Virus record (IMG/VR): IMGVR_UViG_3300037752_000040 | Location: 1-62,737 of that record | DNA from: a virus | Strand: one strand, 5' to 3' | DNA: 62,737 nt | Shown: positions 61,682 to 62,737 of the stretch, in pieces | Numbering within the stretch: the first letter of the stretch is position 1 | Layout: the number at the start of each line of letters is the position of its first letter | Position numbers and translations under genes: made by a program | Notes under the pieces: model-generated | Told to the model about the DNA's origin: nothing | What the model saw: only the letters and a program-made list of their open reading frames with translations | The model's database searches: none

Positions 61682-61941
61682 TGGCACGATCTGAAAAAGT
61701 GGCGCGGTGGCTTCTGCTGGCTGGCATCATCATCCTGATTGCATGGGCGCTCGGCGGCTGCGCTCAAGAGCCGAAAATCATCCGCGAAACGGTGCCGGTG
61801 ATTTCGTCGAAACCGTACAGATACCTGAAGCCGCATCCTACGGAAGACAAGCTATCGGCCGACACCCTTTCGCAGATTGCACGGCACAACACCGCTCACG
61901 CGCTCGTGAAGAAGAAGGAAGCCGAGGCGGCGAAGCAGTGA
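61678..61941 (+). CDS. o-spanin-like lipoprotein
   Basis: The ATG at 61678/61681 overlaps the upstream stop. Lipobox-like LLLAGIIILIAWALGGC. Confidence 0.55.
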   Translation: MMARSEKVARWLLLAGIIILIAWALGGCAQEPKIIRETVPVISSKPYRYLKPHPTEDKLSADTLSQIARHNTAHALVKKKEAEAAKQ

Positions 61942-62006
61942 ATCCGCCCGGTTAAACGTCCGGCAAAAGGACGTTTACTGGCTCGCGACAGAAAAATGAC
62001 GGGAAG

Positions 62007-62094
62007 GGCCGGGGCGGGACTCGAACCCGCTCTACCTCCGGAATCGAACCGTTTGACAGCGCTCATGCGCTGCGGCGACCAACGCTCCCCGACC
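62007..62094 (-). other. 88-nt tRNA-like element (non-canonical; possible attP core or degenerate tRNA)
   Basis: On the minus strand: a 7-bp acceptor-type stem GGTCGGG/CCCGGCC (one G-U pair) and a canonical T arm GCGGG-TTCGAGT-CCCGC. A second T-loop-like motif GGTTCGATTCC lies 22 nt upstream. I could not fold a 5-bp stem with a 7-nt anticodon loop, and no CCA is encoded. Confidence 0.4.
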
Positions 62095-62365
62095 GCAGAT
62101 ACTCTACCAAATCCAGCGATTTAAGTACAGTGTGATCATGGCCGTGACATGATCGGCGTTCCTGCATCGTCGGGCCATAGTACTTCCGCTGATTGCCGCA
62201 ACCCAAGCAACTGCAAATCTGAGGCTGCTCTTTGAACCGAGCCATTGCCCGAGGATCGTGCCAGCAAGCACAAGTCAGATCGTCGTAATGCTGGTTACGA
62301 TCTTCCTTCAAACGGCGCATCATCTTCGTGTACGCCTTGTGACGGCGAAACGCGCGTCCTCTCAT
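62063..62365 (-). CDS. basic Cys/His-rich hypothetical protein
   Basis: 100 aa containing CACWH...CSCLGCGNQRKYYG...CHGHDH. The last 10 codons and the stop lie inside the tRNA-like element. Confidence 0.45.
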   Translation of the reverse strand: MRGRAFRRHKAYTKMMRRLKEDRNQHYDDLTCACWHDPRAMARFKEQPQICSCLGCGNQRKYYGPTMQERRSCHGHDHTVLKSLDLVEYLRSGSVGRRSA

Positions 62366-62610
62366 CGATCATCTCCTTGGAAACGGGCGCTACCCGCGTG
62401 GACATGATCATGAGAGTTTCCTTAACCGATTGAATCATCCGTAGATAATACCACAGACTTAAGCAGCGGGCAAACGCCGATGGTTGAGATCGACGCCTGC
62501 CCTACCACCAAGCGAAAGAGGTTCGCCAGATGGCTTCCAATAACATCAAGTAAAATTGGGATTGAACTATGGCAGCTACTACAAATGCGGAGCAGGGTGC
62601 AAATGGATTG

Positions 62611-62737
62611 GGTCGCCGGTATGCTCGACCGGATGCGGGAAAGTCAGCACGCGGATCGACAAGTACTGCTCAAGGTGTTAGAACAGCAAGAGAAAATCAT
62701 CGACCTGCTGTCAAACATGGAGCATACTCACAAGTCG
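62611..62737. repeat. terminal direct repeat, copy B (identical to 1-127)
   Basis: Exact 127-nt identity with 1-127. The unique genome unit is therefore 62,610 bp. Confidence 0.95.

Noticed and set aside
62007-62094. Calling this a bona fide tRNA gene (class II, 88 nt) with a named anticodon.
   Set aside because: I tested every anticodon-arm register compatible with the T arm and acceptor stem, and none gives a 5-bp stem with a 7-nt loop. Sec-type 8/5 pairing also fails. It is kept only as a tRNA-like element.

Overview
The window is a complete temperate phage genome. Bases 1-127 are repeated exactly at 62611-62737, so the unique unit is 62,610 bp and the contig is either circularly closed with an assembly overlap or terminally redundant. 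All family calls below are motif-level recognition from the translated ORFs; no database search was run.

The host is probably an alphaproteobacterium of the Rhizobiales type. This rests on the high GC content, a GcrA-like regulator, an Omp25/31-like outer-membrane protein and a NodS-like methyltransferase.

Layout:
- **Left arm (about 440-14723, minus strand):** a long chain of translationally coupled early and accessory genes. It includes a tyrosine integrase, an excisionase-like HTH protein, a GIY-YIG/T5orf172 protein, NinB-like and RecT-like recombination genes, and several HNH endonucleases.
- **Immunity switch (14825-15854):** a CI-like repressor and a Cro-like gene, with three copies of the palindrome TTGCCAAATAGGCAA sitting in the spacers of PL- and PR-like promoters.
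- **Rightward early/middle genes (16118-31893):** a GcrA-like regulator, an HNH endonuclease, an OMP moron block, a C5-cytosine methyltransferase, a DUF1376-type replication protein containing an ori-like iteron array, and a low-GC HNH-SF2 helicase fusion.
- **Late operon (32165-61941, plus strand):** small and large terminase, a 720-aa portal, scaffold, capsid, a decoration-like protein, tail/adaptor/ejection proteins, tail fibres and a lysis cassette. It is interrupted by opposite-strand inserts: a Zn-ribbon ORF, an HNH endonuclease, a membrane protein and a GT25 glycosyltransferase.

The most unusual content is a six-gene, tightly coupled enzyme cassette at 40530-45481, wedged between the head genes and the tail genes. 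It encodes a DUF115/Maf-like enzyme, a HisC-like aminotransferase, a NodS-like methyltransferase, a radical-SAM/SPASM-like enzyme, a sulfotransferase-like enzyme and a sialyltransferase-like enzyme. I interpret it as a candidate virion glycan or post-translational modification system.

Other items worth a second look:
- The dcm gene carries its target-recognition segment in a different reading frame.
- An 88-nt tRNA-like element with two T-loop motifs lies next to the lysis genes.
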